DNA of 64,000 nt, from NCBI GenBank assembly GCA_964016885.1, contig OZ024742.1, positions 156,488,001 to 156,552,000 of the forward strand, in the 5' to 3' direction. A program made the translations under genes and the position numbers. Below, in pieces: positions 28,779-43,564 of the stretch. The notes beneath the pieces are model-generated. The model did no database searches. It saw only the letters and a list, made by a program, of their open reading frames with translations, and had not been told where the DNA came from. Source of the DNA: Eledone cirrhosa. Lineage: Eukaryota. How positions within the stretch are numbered: the stretch's first letter is position 1; each line of letters begins with the position of its first letter.

Positions 28779-31700
28779 ATCATCATCATCATCCTCACCG
28801 TTTTACGTCCGTTCTTCCACGCTAGCATGGGTTAGACGGGTTGTCCTGTTGTGGGCAGCGTCTGGTCGGCTGACCATGCCTTGCTCATACAGGAACTGAT
28901 TTGGCTTGATTTCTACAGCTGGATGCCCTTCCTAACACCAACCTCTTTTACAGTGAGTGCTGGGTGCTTTTTCGTGGCGCCTACACGTCCACTTTACAGT
29001 GTGGGCTGGGTGCTTTTTTGCCGTGGCACCTCCACGACCACCTTGCAGAGTGGGGTGTGGGGGTGGGTGTGGGTGTGGGTGTGTGGGGGTGGGGGACATA
29101 TTGTCTATATGCTTCAGCTTGTACCCATGGGAGGTCGGGTACTCTGTATTACTGCGTGACGCCAGAGGTCACGGTCGTGTGTCATTGCCTTTGAGAGGTG
29201 TAATTGAGTAAGGTCGGCTTTTATCACCTCATCCCAGGTCATATTGGGTCTCCCCACTCCGCGGTTTCCATCGACTTCTAGTGCTCTGCACCTTTTTATG
29301 CAGCTGTCATCCTTCATACGCATCACATGTCCATACCAGCGCAACCGCCTCTCTTACACACAGCATTTGATTGCTCTTATGCTCAGTCTCTCTCTCAATT
29401 CATTTATGCTTTGTCGTTCACGTATATTACTGTTACACATCCATCGGAGCATGCAGGCTTCGTTTCTCTCTAATCTACGTAAGTCTTCCACCTTCTGCGC
29501 CCAGGTCTCACTATCATGCAACATCGCTGTTCGGATACACGCATCATACAGTCTGCCTTTCATACTGAGGGAGAAGCCTTTTGCAGCTAGCAGTGGTAGT
29601 AGTTCCCTAAATTTCTTCCATCCCGTTCTTACCCTAGTTATTGTACTTTCTGAACACCCACCTCCGCTGCTAATTCGGTCTCCTAGGTAGCAGAAGCTGT
29701 CTACTGTTTCTACAGAGCCCTCCCAGAGATTGGTGGTAATTGTTTCCTGTGGCTGTTTGCTGCTTGCTGTCCCAGCACAGCTGATGCATGTGAAGTCTAC
29801 AGTCTTAATTAAGCTTCCTGAGATCCCTGCTACATCTCTTGTGTACCCATTGTTTGCATTTGGGGCAGAGAATGGAGTTCCTACCTACACCTTTCCTACA
29901 TACTGAGCAAGGCCATTTCCCTGAGGCGATCTGGGTTCTGTTTTCTCGTCTACTTACAAGGACCTTAGTCTTTGTCATGTTGACTTTGAGACCCTTTGTT
30001 TCTAGTCCCTGCTTCCAAGTTTGGAATTTATTCTCTAGTTCTACCATATATTCAGCTATAAATGCGAGGTCATCAGCATACAGGAGTTCCCATGGGCGTC
30101 CGGTCTTAAACTCCTCCGTTATTGCCTGCAGGACTATGATGAACAGGAGGGGGCTAAGAACAGAGCCCTGGTGGGCCCCAACCTGTACGCTAAATTCCTC
30201 GCTATACTCATTGCTAATCCTAACTTTGCTGACTGCTCCCATATACATGGCTTGTACCACTTTCACAACCCATTTATCTACTCCTAGTTTTCTAAGAGCC
30301 TACCAGATTACAGCACGTGGAACTCTGTCAAAGGCTTTCTCAAGGTCGACAAATGCCAGGTAGAGTGGCTTACTTTTAGCTAGGTACTTTTCCTGTAACT
30401 GCCTCACAAGGAAGAGGGCATCAGTGGTGCCTCTTCCTGGTACAAACCCAAATTGCATCTCGTCTAGTTTCACCCGGTCCCTAATCAACTGTGCTATAAC
30501 TCTTTCTGTTACTTTCATGACCTGGTCCATCAGCTTTATACCTCTATAGATTCCTCTATCAAGTGCATCACCTTTACCTTTGTAGCAGTTGACAATGATG
30601 CTACTGCACCAATCTTTTGGTATGACACCTTCTAGTATTACCTGGTTAACAATACGTGTGGTTATAGTGTGACCTACAGACCCGGATGCCTTCAGCATCT
30701 CGGCAGCTATACCCGATGGACCGGTTGCCTTCCCCATCTTCATATTTTTGATTGCCTTACTTACTACGTTGCTGCTGACTTGAACTGCTGGCCCCTCTAT
30801 AGGGTCTTCTTGGGGGTAGGGTCTCTTCTTCCCATGCATTCTCCTCATTTAGTAATCTATCATAATGACTCTTCCATGCATCTTTCTTCTCAGCACTTGT
30901 GAGGGCAAGCTCACCTTTATCATTCCGGATACACTTCTCTCCAATGACATCACAACTCTCTCTGACACACTGCCTCGCAATCTTGACCACCTCCTGTTTC
31001 TGGTCCTCACGTTGCAAAACATGCTTGAATTGTCTATCCTCTGCTTCCTCCTAGCTAAGTATACTTGTCGCCTAGCTTCCCTCTTGATCTCTATGTAATG
31101 TACCCTGCTCCCCCCGTTCTTCCATTCTTTCCATGCCTGTCTCTTGGCCTTAACTGCCTCATCTACCTTATTGTTCCACCACCAAGTCACTCTCCTCCTG
31201 CTTGAGGTCTTACTCCAGCCACATACCTCAGCCGTCGCCTCTAGTAAGTTATTTTTTAGGAACTCCCTGTTCTCTTCTACATTGAATGTCTGTATCTGTT
31301 CTTCTTTACTATCGTAGGCGTTGAGTAAAATATCTTTAAATCTGTTACTGGTTGAGGGGTCTTTCAGCTTCTCCTGGTTGGCCTCTGTTTCCAGGTTCGT
31401 CCAGTTCTGACTGTGAGATCGCTGACAACTAAGCTATGTTGGGATGTACATTCCTCACTAGGGAAGGCTTTTGTGTTTACGACCGTCCATCTGTCACGTC
31501 CTCTGATCAGGATAAAATCTATCTGACTAGAGTGCTCCCCTGATCTATAGGTGATCAGGTGGTTGTCGGGTTTTTTAAAGTTTGTGTTACATATCGACAT
31601 GTCATTGGCGTCAAAGAATTCTAGAAGTCTGAATCCTTCCTCATTTCTTGTGCCAACCCCATGGCCTCCATGTACTCTATTGAAAAGCCGTCGCAGTGTT

Positions 31701-33804
31701 TACCTACGTTTCCGTTAAAATCTCCTGCGATGATTAGGAAGTCATTGTCGTCTGTTAGAGCAGTAGTGTGCATTAGGGACTCGTAAAACCTATCCTTAAG
31801 TTCGTCTGGCAGCCCCAATTGTGGTGCCTAAGCTGATATTATTGTGGTAATTGTTTTATTCAGGACTAGTCTGAGTTTAATGATTCTTGCATTTACCCTG
31901 TACACTGAGATTACTTTATCTACCCACTTGTCAGCTAGTAGTATACCTACACCACCCATCCCATCGTCATTTCCCACCCAGAAAAAATTGTAGCACCGAC
32001 TTTTTCCTACAAGGATCTCTAGCAGACTCTCCTCACCATATAGTCTCTTGCACACAGCATACATCAATTTCCTTTCGCTCTAGCATTTCTACGATTTCTC
32101 CTGCTCTTCCTTTCATTGAGCCTACATTGATGGTACCAACTCGGAGTTTTGGGCATTTGTCGACACTCGCAGGGAAGGGTCTCTGGATTGGCGCTTCACA
32201 TGGATGCTTGGTAGCTCGCAGATTCATATTTCATCTATTAATTCAGAGTTGCTCAAATTTATTCTCAGCTCATCCATCCATAACGGTAGGAAAATTGAGG
32301 GCTAGAAGAACAGTGGTGGTGGGATAATGGCAGGGTGTGTTGGGCTGAGACAGGGGAGGAGAGAGTTAGTTAGGTAGTAGTAGCAGAATAAATGGCATGC
32401 TGAGGTTTGATTGGTCGAATAGGCTATGGTGGTGTGAGGGGGTGGGTGTGAGGGAGCCATGGTGGTGTGATATATGGTGGTGTGAGGGGATGGGTGGGAT
32501 GGAAATTGTGAGGTAGGGAGAGAGGGTCGCCGTCAAGATGGATGACTGGAACAAAGCAAAATCAACTCTAGCGATTCATTTTAGCCTTTCAGAATAGAGT
32601 GTCTTATCTCTTCAATAGCTTCAAGATGAGTGAGGTGGAATGGGCAAAGAGGGAACGGGAGGTAATGGGTGGCTTAGAGATAGATAGAGAGAGAGATAGA
32701 GAGGGGGTAGCCATCATAGAGAGAGAGGGTCGCCGCATGGCAAAGTAGCCGATAGAATACATCAACAATAATATTAATAATTGTTTCTACTTTTTGGCAC
32801 AAGGCCAGCAATTATCCCAGTACATTACTGGTACTTTATTTTATCGACCCCGTAAGGATGAAAGGCAAAGTTAACCTCGGCGGGAATTGAACTCAGATCG
32901 TAAAGGGACGTAACTATGCTGGAAAGCATAATCCAACCCTCTACCGCTACTGCCAATTCACCGCCCTAACAATAATATTAATAATAATAGCCAGTCATGG
33001 CCTGAAGCCTTTGATGGGAAAATAGACAGAGACGAGGAAAAATAGGGAGAGTCAGCATGATACGAGAATAACAAAGTGGATGTGAAGTAAGGAGCTAAGT
33101 ACCTTCATAAAATTTGTATGGATGGATGACTGGAACGAAGCCAAATCAACTCTAGTGATTCATTTTAGCCTTTCAGAATAGAGTGTCGTATCTCTTCAAT
33201 AGCTTCAAGATGAGTGAGGTGGAATGGGCGAAGAGGGAACGGGAGGTAATGGGTGGCTTAGAGATAGATAGATAGAGGGTAGCCATCATATAGAGAGATA
33301 TAGAGAGGGGTGTAGCCATCATAGAGAGAGAGGGTCGCCGCATGGCAAAGTAGCCGATAGAATACATCAACATAATATTAATAATTGTTTCTACTTTAGA
33401 CACAAGGCCAGCAATTACCCAGTGCATTACTGGTACTTTATTTTATAAGGATGAAGAGCAAAGTCAACCTCGGCGGGATTTGAACTCAGATCGTAAAGGG
33501 ACGTAACTATGCTGGAAAGCATGGCGTCCGACCCTCCACTGATACTGCCAATCCACCGTTTAATATAATATTAATAATAATAGCCAGTCATGGCCTGAAG
33601 CCTTTGATGGGAAAATAGACAGAGAAGAGGTAAAATAGGCAGAGTCAGCATGATACGAGAATAACAAAGTGGATGCGATGTAGGGAGCTAAATACCTTCG
33701 TAAAATTTGTATGGATGGATGACTGGAACGAAGCCAAATCAACAGTAGTGATTCATTTTAGCCTTTCAGAATAGAGTGTCTTATCTCTTCAATAGCTTCA
33801 AGAT
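28779..33804 (-). mobile_element. RTE-clade LINE, near full length, (GAT)n tail; 5' boundary tentative
   Basis: 3' end catcatcatcatc..gttttacgtccg..gcatgggttagacgg; APE and RT ORF; possible 7-bp TSD gagtttc at 28772 and 33805. Confidence 0.8.
29114..32227 (-). pseudogene. RTE ORF (APE endonuclease, RT, Cys-rich finger), frameshifted
   Basis: VGTINVGSM, VCCVQET, AGDFNG, SQIDFIL, YRGIKL, QFGFVPGRGTTDA, FVDLEKAFD, HQGSVLSP, YADD, RWYGHVMRM. Confidence 0.92.
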
Positions 33805-33808
33805 GAGT
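32539..33808. repeat. Tandem ~590-bp units (2.2 copies), each full unit carrying a SINE (32782-32967, 33383-33558)
   Basis: ggatgactggaac..aaatcaac..gcctttcagaatagagtgtc recurs at 32540, 33124, 33717; SINE TSD aacaataatattaataat. Confidence 0.88.
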
Positions 33809-34305
33809 TTCTATTTTATATTGTGTAATTGGTTGAATATATCCCTCTTTTCATTAATGAATTTTAGTATGATTTTCGATTTTATTTATTTTTCATTAGG
33901 GCCGGTTTTTGAATTGCTGTCATATTTTGTTTTGCTTCTACATAAATGTATCTGTAGTGCATTCAATGTCCTTTGAGAGCTGGGCAGTCAAATCCACAGA
34001 TAGCATCATCAACGCATCATTAACTACACTAATAATCAATAAAAACCGCATTGCGCCCAATTTAACTACACAGTTATTCCACTGAACTTATCTACACATC
34101 ATTAGAAACATTATCACAGCAACTAAGACATCAAGATCAGCTGAATATACTGCATCACCACTATCATATGTGAGACACTATTAAATTATCACTTAATGAA
34201 TCTATCACCACCAAGTAGCATTCACTTTGCCACTTCATGGCTTCAAATCTCTAGTAATATTTCCTAAATACGATAATGTACACGAACCATTATTTCACAT
34301 CAACA

Positions 34306-34490
34306 AAGGGCGGTGAATTGGCAGTATCGGTAGAGGGTCGGATTATGCTTTCCAGCATAGTTACGTCCCTTTACGATCTGAGTTCAAATCCCGCCGAGGT
34401 TAACTTTGCCTTTCATCCTTACGAGGTCGATAAATTAAAGTACCAGTAATGTACTGGATAGGTGCTGGCCTTGTGCCAAAAGTAGAAACA
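34306..34490 (+). mobile_element. tRNA-derived SINE, 17-bp TSD
   Basis: TSD attatttcacatcaaca at 34289 and 34491. Confidence 0.92.
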
Positions 34491-37400
34491 ATTATTTCAC
34501 ATCAACATGTTTTTAAAGATTTTAAATGATTTTTGTGCATATATGAGAAGGATATATATTCAGTGTTTTTGTATTCGAAATAAATGTCCACGATAATTTA
34601 AATAGGACAAAAATAGTTATGGAAAAGGTTGAAAGGCTTATTGAATAAATAAAACAAAGTCATTCACATGCTGTACATATTAAAAATTAAAGCTGGAAAA
34701 TAATTTGCTAATGTAATATAGATATTTATGTTTACTTGTGCAAATGGATTTGACTAAATCATGTTTTTCAATAAATTTCATTTCTATTTTATTAACCATA
34801 TTTTTGTCATAGATCTCCATCAATTTGCCATCTTGGGTTATGGATCGTATTCATTGGTTTGAGCTCCATTGAACATTAAATCAAATAATTTAATTCCTTA
34901 GTTGTTCTTAAATTCAATACTAATATGATCAGTATTACAAATTTTAACCAGACAAGATATATCTTCTAATCACAAAGAGTATTAGCTCAATAAATACATG
35001 TCTGTCTCTGAAACATTTATGTGCATATGTAAATAATTCGGTTCCTGGTGATAGTGATGTACGAAATATTGTATGTTAAGATATACGTAAAAATCTGAAA
35101 GTCGTACATTATAAAATGTGGCATTGATATATCGATTATTATGTAACTAGTGATAATTTCAATGCAGGTGAGTATTGAGTCTTCTTAAGTAAGAAAATAT
35201 GCATGGAATATTGTTAGTGGTTCATTGAATATGAACATAGATTCAAACGATAATGCTGTTTATACGTACTTTTCTTACTTCATCTTTATGCCTTATATTG
35301 TTCATAAGCGAAGATTAACTAGTTCCAGGATTTCCCATGATCCGTCATTTTTATATATATTCTCCAGTTGCTCATATGATGTATACTGCTTATATTTGAA
35401 TAAATTAAAGTATTATGTAACTAAAATTTGTAATATGAATAATTACTTTTATAAATGATTAACAAGGAATTGCACGAGTATGTATTAATTTTGTTTCATA
35501 ACATTGCTTAGAATAAGAATAGGATGGGTTTAGGTTTTTCTAAGAAACTTTAATTAAAAATGGGCGTCAAATTCAATCGATACTTATTCGATATATATTA
35601 AAAATCAAATATTTCAGTCCGCTTGATTTTGCTTTTATTGAGGTTGTTATAGGCCGAACGTCAAACATAACATATTTCTTATATCGAAAAATCTTCCGTA
35701 TGATGTGGATTTATCTTCACTGAAGAGACCAAATAAGACAAAAACATAAATTGCTTTTCTCACAATGCACAGATTTGCTCATAGGCCTTCGGATAGCGTC
35801 TGATATATTTATACCTAATTAATTAAAATGCTGTCACTTATGCTTTCTTCTTCTTTGTCGATCGATGTTCGTCTAATCGAACCGGGGAACAATTGGTATT
35901 TCCAATTGCTAATACTATCTATCGGTCGCAAACCCAGATAGAAGGAGCAACGTGAAATAAAATGTCTAGCTCAAGGACATAGCACATCGCACGACCCGGA
36001 AATTGAACTCACAACCTCAGAATTTTGAATCCACACGCCTTCACTGCTTATGCGGTGTAGACTATAAATATATGAAGTTTTGGTTATGCTTTCTTCAACA
36101 ATGTATCGGACTTTAATTCATCCATTATGTTTCAAGCCGCCATTCATTAAATACATACGTTGGCGGTGGATTCTGATTACTTCTTGGAAAATAGGGTAGA
36201 TAGACATGTCTACGTAATATACAGTAATAGAAAAAGAAATTGCAATTTCCAATAATCACAAACATCGTTTATTATGAAGAAATGATTTAGAAACCCGTAG
36301 GTTAATTCAATTATCATTAGCCTTACTTTAAGTAGACATAGTAGACCACTATCATAAGTGCTGAATCTATTTTATTTAACAACTTCAGATATAGAGCAAT
36401 CAATGTGGGGAAACCATATTATGAGTGTCCGGCGATCAGTATATTTCATGAAATATCTGCGAAACCTACATTATTGCATGAAGGAAAATTTGTCAAATGT
36501 GATTTTAAATATACTGCCCCATAATACTATATGACTTACAATAATTATTTAACTAAACTAAATTTCGTTGAAACACAGTTCAGATAATATTAATTTCAAT
36601 ACTGACTTCAATTAATATTCCTCAACCAAACCCACACATTTGAAATGATATCAAAAGAATTCTGTTGATGGATCTACTATTCTTACAAACCTAATTAATA
36701 TTACATTTTAAGTACATGTCTTAAATTAAAACCTATATTTCTGAAATGGAAGATACATGAGGACTTTAAAAATAAGTAAAAAGTTATTTCATATAGGTAT
36801 CATAAAATATAGTTGAAGAGTTGGCAAATCCGTTATAATACCGGATGGAATGCTTTGCGCTACGAGATGGAATACCCTCAAAACGAACATTCACTTTCGT
36901 CATTTTAGTGCCGATAAAATAAAGCATGACCAGTGCACGAATGGATTGTTTCTCTCCCTCCTCTATCTCTTTTTCTATTGCTCTCTCGTCACTCACTTTC
37001 TCTCTGCTTCTCCGGTAGAAATCAGTTGTGTTCTGTCCTAGAATGTAAATGGCTCCTCCAGTTTTAAATTCTCCAAATCAATTCGTAAAATATATTTACC
37101 TTCTACATGGGAAGAATTTTGAGTAAACTCATATTATCTTCTTTATTTCATATATGTCCGTCGAATCAAAGGATCTAAATTTACAAACGTGTCCAGCGAT
37201 ACTTGTCAGTTTTCATGCAGCGATTTATTTCATCTTTAAAATTAATTTCTCACCAATGATCAGAAAGACAACTCGCTGCATACCTTGTCGATGACCATAT
37301 GATTCAGACTCAAGATATGATTATATCAAATATATGTCAAGCATGCAATGCGAAATAATGCAGTACTTCACTTTAATTCATATTGAGATGTTCGGAACAG

Positions 37401-37839
37401 TTAAGCTCATCACTTTTCGGACATAGTCAGCTTATGTGGAATGTTTGTCTAAAGATGCTTCAGTAAGCATTCAAATAATCTTATAACTATCTGGGAAGAT
37501 GTCTCAACTGAAATGAAATATATTTGAATCAATAAATATATAAGGGTGATGTTCAATTGCAACGTACAGGAAAACTGATTAGCTTTGAATTGTATAACGT
37601 GTTGAAAGACGTTACATCCCAGCAAATTTAAGTGTCCTAAATATTCTATTAAGACATGTAAACATAAATATCTATGGTAAATCTTTGTAAAATGTATGAG
37701 GTTAAAAACAGTTTGCGCAATATATAAACACATTAAACACTCCACCATTTACAAATACTTGTTTCTTAACATCCTATATGTCCGCGTTTTGCTGATTTCT
37801 GTCTATTTGATTGCATCTTTCTAAAACCAACAATGATAC

Positions 37840-38510
37840 AGGCCTAGATAATATACTACCAGAAGTATATTACTGTTTGCATGAACGATGAGCTGCTTGA
37901 AATCTTCCAAAATACCGTGAAAGTAGATGTAACGGAAACCTGAAGAAAATAAGAAATATTGCCTATTTCCAAGAAGGGTGACCTGGGATATACAGCAATC
38001 TACGGAGGAATTACTTTGTCTGTTATTGAAGGTACAACCTACAAAATAATGCTACTAAAAAGAATAAGACCCGAACTAAACACGAAATTCAAAATCAATC
38101 AAAATTGGTTCAAATAGAATAGTTCGACTGGTTCACAAATATTGATACTGCGAAAGCAACTACAGGTAACCGAAAGCTATGCTAGCGCTCGTCGAGTTCA
38201 AAAGCCTTTTGACTCCATCCATAGAGGAAAGCTTATGTTCACCCTATTTGCATATTGCATATCTAATGCCATAATTTCTGTTGTAAACAGGGCAGCTCAA
38301 GTGATAGTGGTCCCGAGTATTTTGAAATCCTAGAGGGCGTCTCTCAAGGTGACATATAGGCACCATATTACATTAATGGTGGCCCTAGATAATAACATGA
38401 GAGAAGCCATTGTTAATAAACAAGATCTCAACTTTACATTGACAGAAAGGAGAACTAAGCGAAACTCACGAACATGATACACGATTTTCTGATGACACAT
38501 ATTTATTTAA
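37840..38510 (+). pseudogene. Old RTE-like RT relic
   Basis: ILPISKKGDLG, GITL, QILILR, KPFDSIHRGKL, GVSQGD. Confidence 0.75.
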
Positions 38511-39339
38511 AAACGACAGAAAGCCGGAAAGAAAATATTCTTACCATTTTTCTTTTTAGTTGCAAAACTGTATAGGTAATTCAGTGCACTAGTTACATTA
38601 TCTACACTGAGGTTTTTGCCTAACATTAAGTGTTTTAACTAGACACACACAGATAGAAGAAGCAACCAACTAGTGATAGGTAAATAAAGATGTAAATAAA
38701 TAAAAACACAAACACATGAATGTAATGAATGCGCAGCAGACGTAAACAACACCAAGCTCACAGCTCAGAAAAACAAGATGGTGTAGGTCAGATAAATGGA
38801 AAGACACAAAATAAATAAATCTCTGAGGAGCTCTCGTAATGAAACGAAAACCAACAGGTGGGTGTGTTCTTATTGGCAATATGACTCTCGTAAAATATAA
38901 TAATTACTACATTATTTATTGGATTTACATGTTTCATTCCACTCCAAATGATGATATTATGAATACCTTTGTTGAGAAATCATCGGAATCAATTATATAT
39001 AACACATAAAAGAGAGTAAAATACATATATATTATATATAACTGATTCTGAGGATATCTTTACAAAGGTTTTGAAAATAACATCCTTTACTGAAGAATGG
39101 AACATATGTAAATCAAATAAGTAATATATTAATGTTGAAACCTTGGTGACATTTTCGTTTGTGTTATGTATGGTATGTGGTTTACAACAAATCCACGATG
39201 ACCGGACGTGAATGTACTTTGCACAACGATTCATTAATCTAGATATTGAAAACAAATCACATCAGAGCTTTGAATATCTGAATACCTTATATTGTTGTAT
39301 TATCACCTCACATAATTTACCTATATATATATATACATT

Positions 39340-40199
39340 AATATAAGTATGTATGTATACGTACATACATATATGTATACAGACGTACAGTAGCATGTAT
39401 ATATATATACATACAGGCACACATATATATATGCACGTATCAGTTTACCTAACATTTATTATAAACAAACAAACAGCCTCAATTACGCCGTACAGTGTTT
39501 AGGCAACCACGTCACCTTTTGTTCAACACTGACACAGGAACGATGTACTAGTTTCAAGCTTATTAGCTATCGTCAGCACCGTATACCTTTCTGCCAGATG
39601 GTTGAACGTCCGAAAGTATATACTTTCCTTATGAAAATTAACGGCTGAGCAGCCTAATTTGCATATCGAGAGAGTTCAGTCGGCCAGGCGCACCGAAAAC
39701 GATAAATGGAATAGAATGAAACAAAATTTCATTTCTCACTCTTAGTACAGCACTTACTTAAATGTAAGTATGTATGTATACGTACATACATATATGTATA
39801 CAGACGTACAATAGCATGTATATATATACATACAGGCACACATACATATATGCACGTATCAGTTTACCGAACATTTATTATAATGCTCGGTTTGTTTGTT
39901 TGTAAACAAACAAACGGCCTGAATTACGCCGTACAGTGTTTAGGCAACCACGTCACCTTTTTGTTCAACACTGACACAGTACGTATACATACATACTTAC
40001 ATTTAAGTAAGTGCCGTACTAAGAGTGTGAAATGAAATTTCGTTTCATTCTATTCCATTTATCGTTTTCGGTGCGCCTGGCCGACTGAACTCACTCGATA
40101 TGCAAATTAGGCTGCTCAGCCGTTGATTTTCATAAGGAAAGTATATACTTTCGGACGTTCAACCATCTGACAGAAAGGTATACGGTATAAGGTAAAGGT

Positions 40200-40261
<62 letters not shown>

Positions 40262-40364
40262 TACTGTACGTCTGTATACATATATGTATGTACGTATATA
40301 TACATACTTACATTTAAGTAAGTGCCGTACTAAGAGTGAGAAATGAAATTTCATTTCATTCTAT

Positions 40365-40367
<3 letters not shown>
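39340..40367. mobile_element. Family B array: minus arm 39340-39977, then plus arm(s)
   Basis: Same blocks as 21912-23447; ends at aatttcatttcattctatta(TA)n. Confidence 0.85.
39536..39589 (-). ncRNA. Intact hammerhead (family B)
   Basis: Reverse complement aaggtat acggtg CTGACGA tagct aata agctt GAAA ctag TA catcgt tcct. Confidence 0.88.
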
Positions 40368-40400
<33 letters not shown>

Positions 40401-40477
40401 AATGTATATATATATATGCATATAGAGTCTTATGAAAATGGAGTCTTATTTAAAAAAAATATATATATTTATTTGGT

Positions 40478-40517
40478 TCCTTTCCCGGTTTCGCAGTTCT
40501 TTTGCTTTTCAAAAGGA
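40478..40517 (-). ncRNA. U3-A8 variant hammerhead in PLE pLTR; sister copies 40917-40957 and 47976-48015 (+)
   Basis: Consensus of three copies: cctt TTGAAAA gcag aagaa ctgc GAAA ccgg TA aagg. Confidence 0.65.
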
Positions 40518-43500
40518 GAGTTCAGATGGAGGGTCTGTGGTTTTTTCTCGCATCTGGTTGGTCCTTGAATGCTACTTGTTTTATATGGAAAAAAGTGGCT
40601 CGAAACGCCAGGTTTTTAGAGAAGCAATTTGATTGGTTTGTTAATAAGTATAATACATTTCGCGCCAGTTCACGTTACAAAGTTCTTCGAGTGACTGCAT
40701 CAACCAAGGAAACTTCACTCATATATGAAAAAAAACAACCTGAGCCTTGTTTGAAGAACTTTGTAACGCGAACTGTCGGGAAATTTATTGTTGACCAACC
40801 AATCAAATTACTTCTCTAAACACCTGGCGTTTCGAGCCACTTTTTTACATATAAAACAAGTAACATTCAATGACCAACAATATGTGAGAAAAACCACATA
40901 CCCTCAATCTCAACTCTACTTTTGAAAAGCAGAAGAACCAAGAAACCGGTAAAGGTACCAAATAAATATATATATATTTTAGAAAAAAAGACTTCAGTTG
41001 CATTTTCTATTTCATCTTTTTTTCTTTATACAGTCACTCGTCTAGGACACCTTGGTTAATTTTCATTTTGTAAAAAAACCTCACTTGCTAATACATACCC
41101 ACCACACGAAGACCGAAAATGCCAGTAAAGTCTCAACAAAGCAACAACTCACTGAACCAGGACATCTTAAATGAACGTAAAGAGATTACCTGTAATCTTT
41201 CAATTTTGACCAGCAAAGTGGATCAAATACATATCTATAAAAAGGGACCCCACTAAGAAACAGAAAATACCCAAGAGACGAATATTACTCCAACATTAAC
41301 TAAACTAATCGAAACCATTGAAACAGCAATGCTCCAAAAACTGGGAGATGTCCACTCACTAAAAAACACCCTAATCGTTATATGGACTCAAAAGCTCACA
41401 GCCCGCAAATTCGCCTTTTAGAATCTCATAAAAATAATTACAAGGCAAACATATATGAAAAGTGGCTAAATTCTACCCCAATCATCCTCCCCCAAAAATT
41501 CCAAATAAAACCCATCCCGAATGAACCAGAAAACCAACAAAGTTTTAGGGAAAATATGGCGTTAGAAAAAAAAAATAGAAATAGAAATGTTGCGATTAAG
41601 AGCCAACTCCAACAAAGAAATATTCAAATCAATCGACCAACAGATGAAAACAGAAATCTCAAGGCACTCTGAAGGCCTACTGTATGAACAAACCTGAAAA
41701 CATTGGAAAGAAAATTGTGAGGAAGAAAATCCAACATCCCTCCAGCGATGCTAAAAAAACGCCACCTGGTTCAACAACTACGAATTGGATTTCGAAAATG
41801 AAGAACATACAGGTAACCCATTTTTAAAAGGAACTAAAACTCACACACCACATGCACAACAAATAACCAAAAAAAGTAACAAAACGTCCAACATACCCCC
41901 AGCAAAACTATGACGATAATCCCAGAACCCATAGACAAAACTATAACCCTACTAACAAAAACCGAAGATCCCCCAACACAAGACAGGACCCGATTCGCAG
42001 ATCACAACCCACACAAAACCTATTCCAAAACCGTAGATCCAAAACCTGTTCCACAATCTTAGATCCCAACCCACACAAAGGAACAACATCTACAACCCAG
42101 ACTATCAACAAACCGAACCTCAATACGTCGGAAACTTCTATACAAGACTACACAACAACAGTGGAAATGCCATTAGATATAATAATACCATTGAAAAAAC
42201 ATTCCAGAAAAATCATTTTTTGGACCAAGGCACCCGGTGGCACAAACTGCTTTTGAAAAACCGAAAATAATCAACCTTTCCAATACAAACCTCTCAGCCC
42301 AACAAGTTAAAATTCTCTCCAAAGGACTGAAATGCACACCAACACCTCAATGACATAAATGACGATATCTCACACTTCTGTAGAAAATTACGTCTCACAG
42401 AGGAATTCTTTGACAAGGAGAATAACGACCAATCAATTGTACGGAATAAAAGCAGCTTCAACCCAACAAAAGGTAGAAACAGAGTTTTGGACAAATGTTG
42501 TGACCACATAGCTACTTTCCCATACAATGAACTACCGCAACCTAAACCCAAACCCAACACGATTCGAAGGAAATAGGATATTATCCATGTACTAAAAAAC
42601 AATACGGACATTTTAATTAAGGAAGCGGACAAGGGAAGTACTGTTGTCATTATGGATGCTGAAAAATATAAACATGATATGTTCTCTCTCTTACAAAATA
42701 CTAATTACTATGAAAGAGTAAAACACTACAAGCAATCAAACACAATGACCAGATTAAACACACTGCTTTGTTGATAGCAGGAAGACTTAACTAAAAAGGA
42801 ACGCGATTATTTACACATTTTGCATAAAACCAGCAAACACTACGGTCTTCCAAAAATCCACAAGTGTAAAATAATTAACGATGCCTGTAAACAATCCGCT
42901 TCAGCCTGCGTGAATACACAATAACCCACATACCTTAAATTAAGACCAATTGTAGCGGGCCCACAATGAAACACACAGATTGAACAACTTTATAGACATA
43001 CTACTAAAACCAATTCTCAAACACTTACCAAGCTTTGTAAGAGACGATCTGGACCTCTTAAACCACCTCCCCAAACATGTCAACAACGACACTATTATTG
43101 TGTATTTTGATGTAGTGAATCTCTACACAACGATCCCACACCAATAGAGACTAGACGCAATGAGATAGCTGGCGGATAAGAAAAAAGCTTCATCACCGAG
43201 GGATTACAATTTATCTTACAGAACAACTTTTTTGATTTCGATGGCAGTACTTACAAGCAAATATCGAGGACTGCGATGATTACAAAAGCCGCTCCAACTA
43301 ATGCCAACTTAGTCATGCCATACTTAGAAGTCCAGATATATGTACAGTCCAAATCAAAATAAGGATTGAACTTCTTCAAATACTTATCAGAGAATTGGAA
43401 ACGCAACTTGGATGATTGCCTCATTCTTTGGTCCCACACACTCGACCAAATGAATGATTTGAAACATTTAATTAACGGCATTAATAACCACATTCAATTC

Positions 43501-43564
43501 ACTATGGAATACAACCAAGATCAACACCCATTGCTGAACATCTTAATCTTAAAAAAAAGACATA

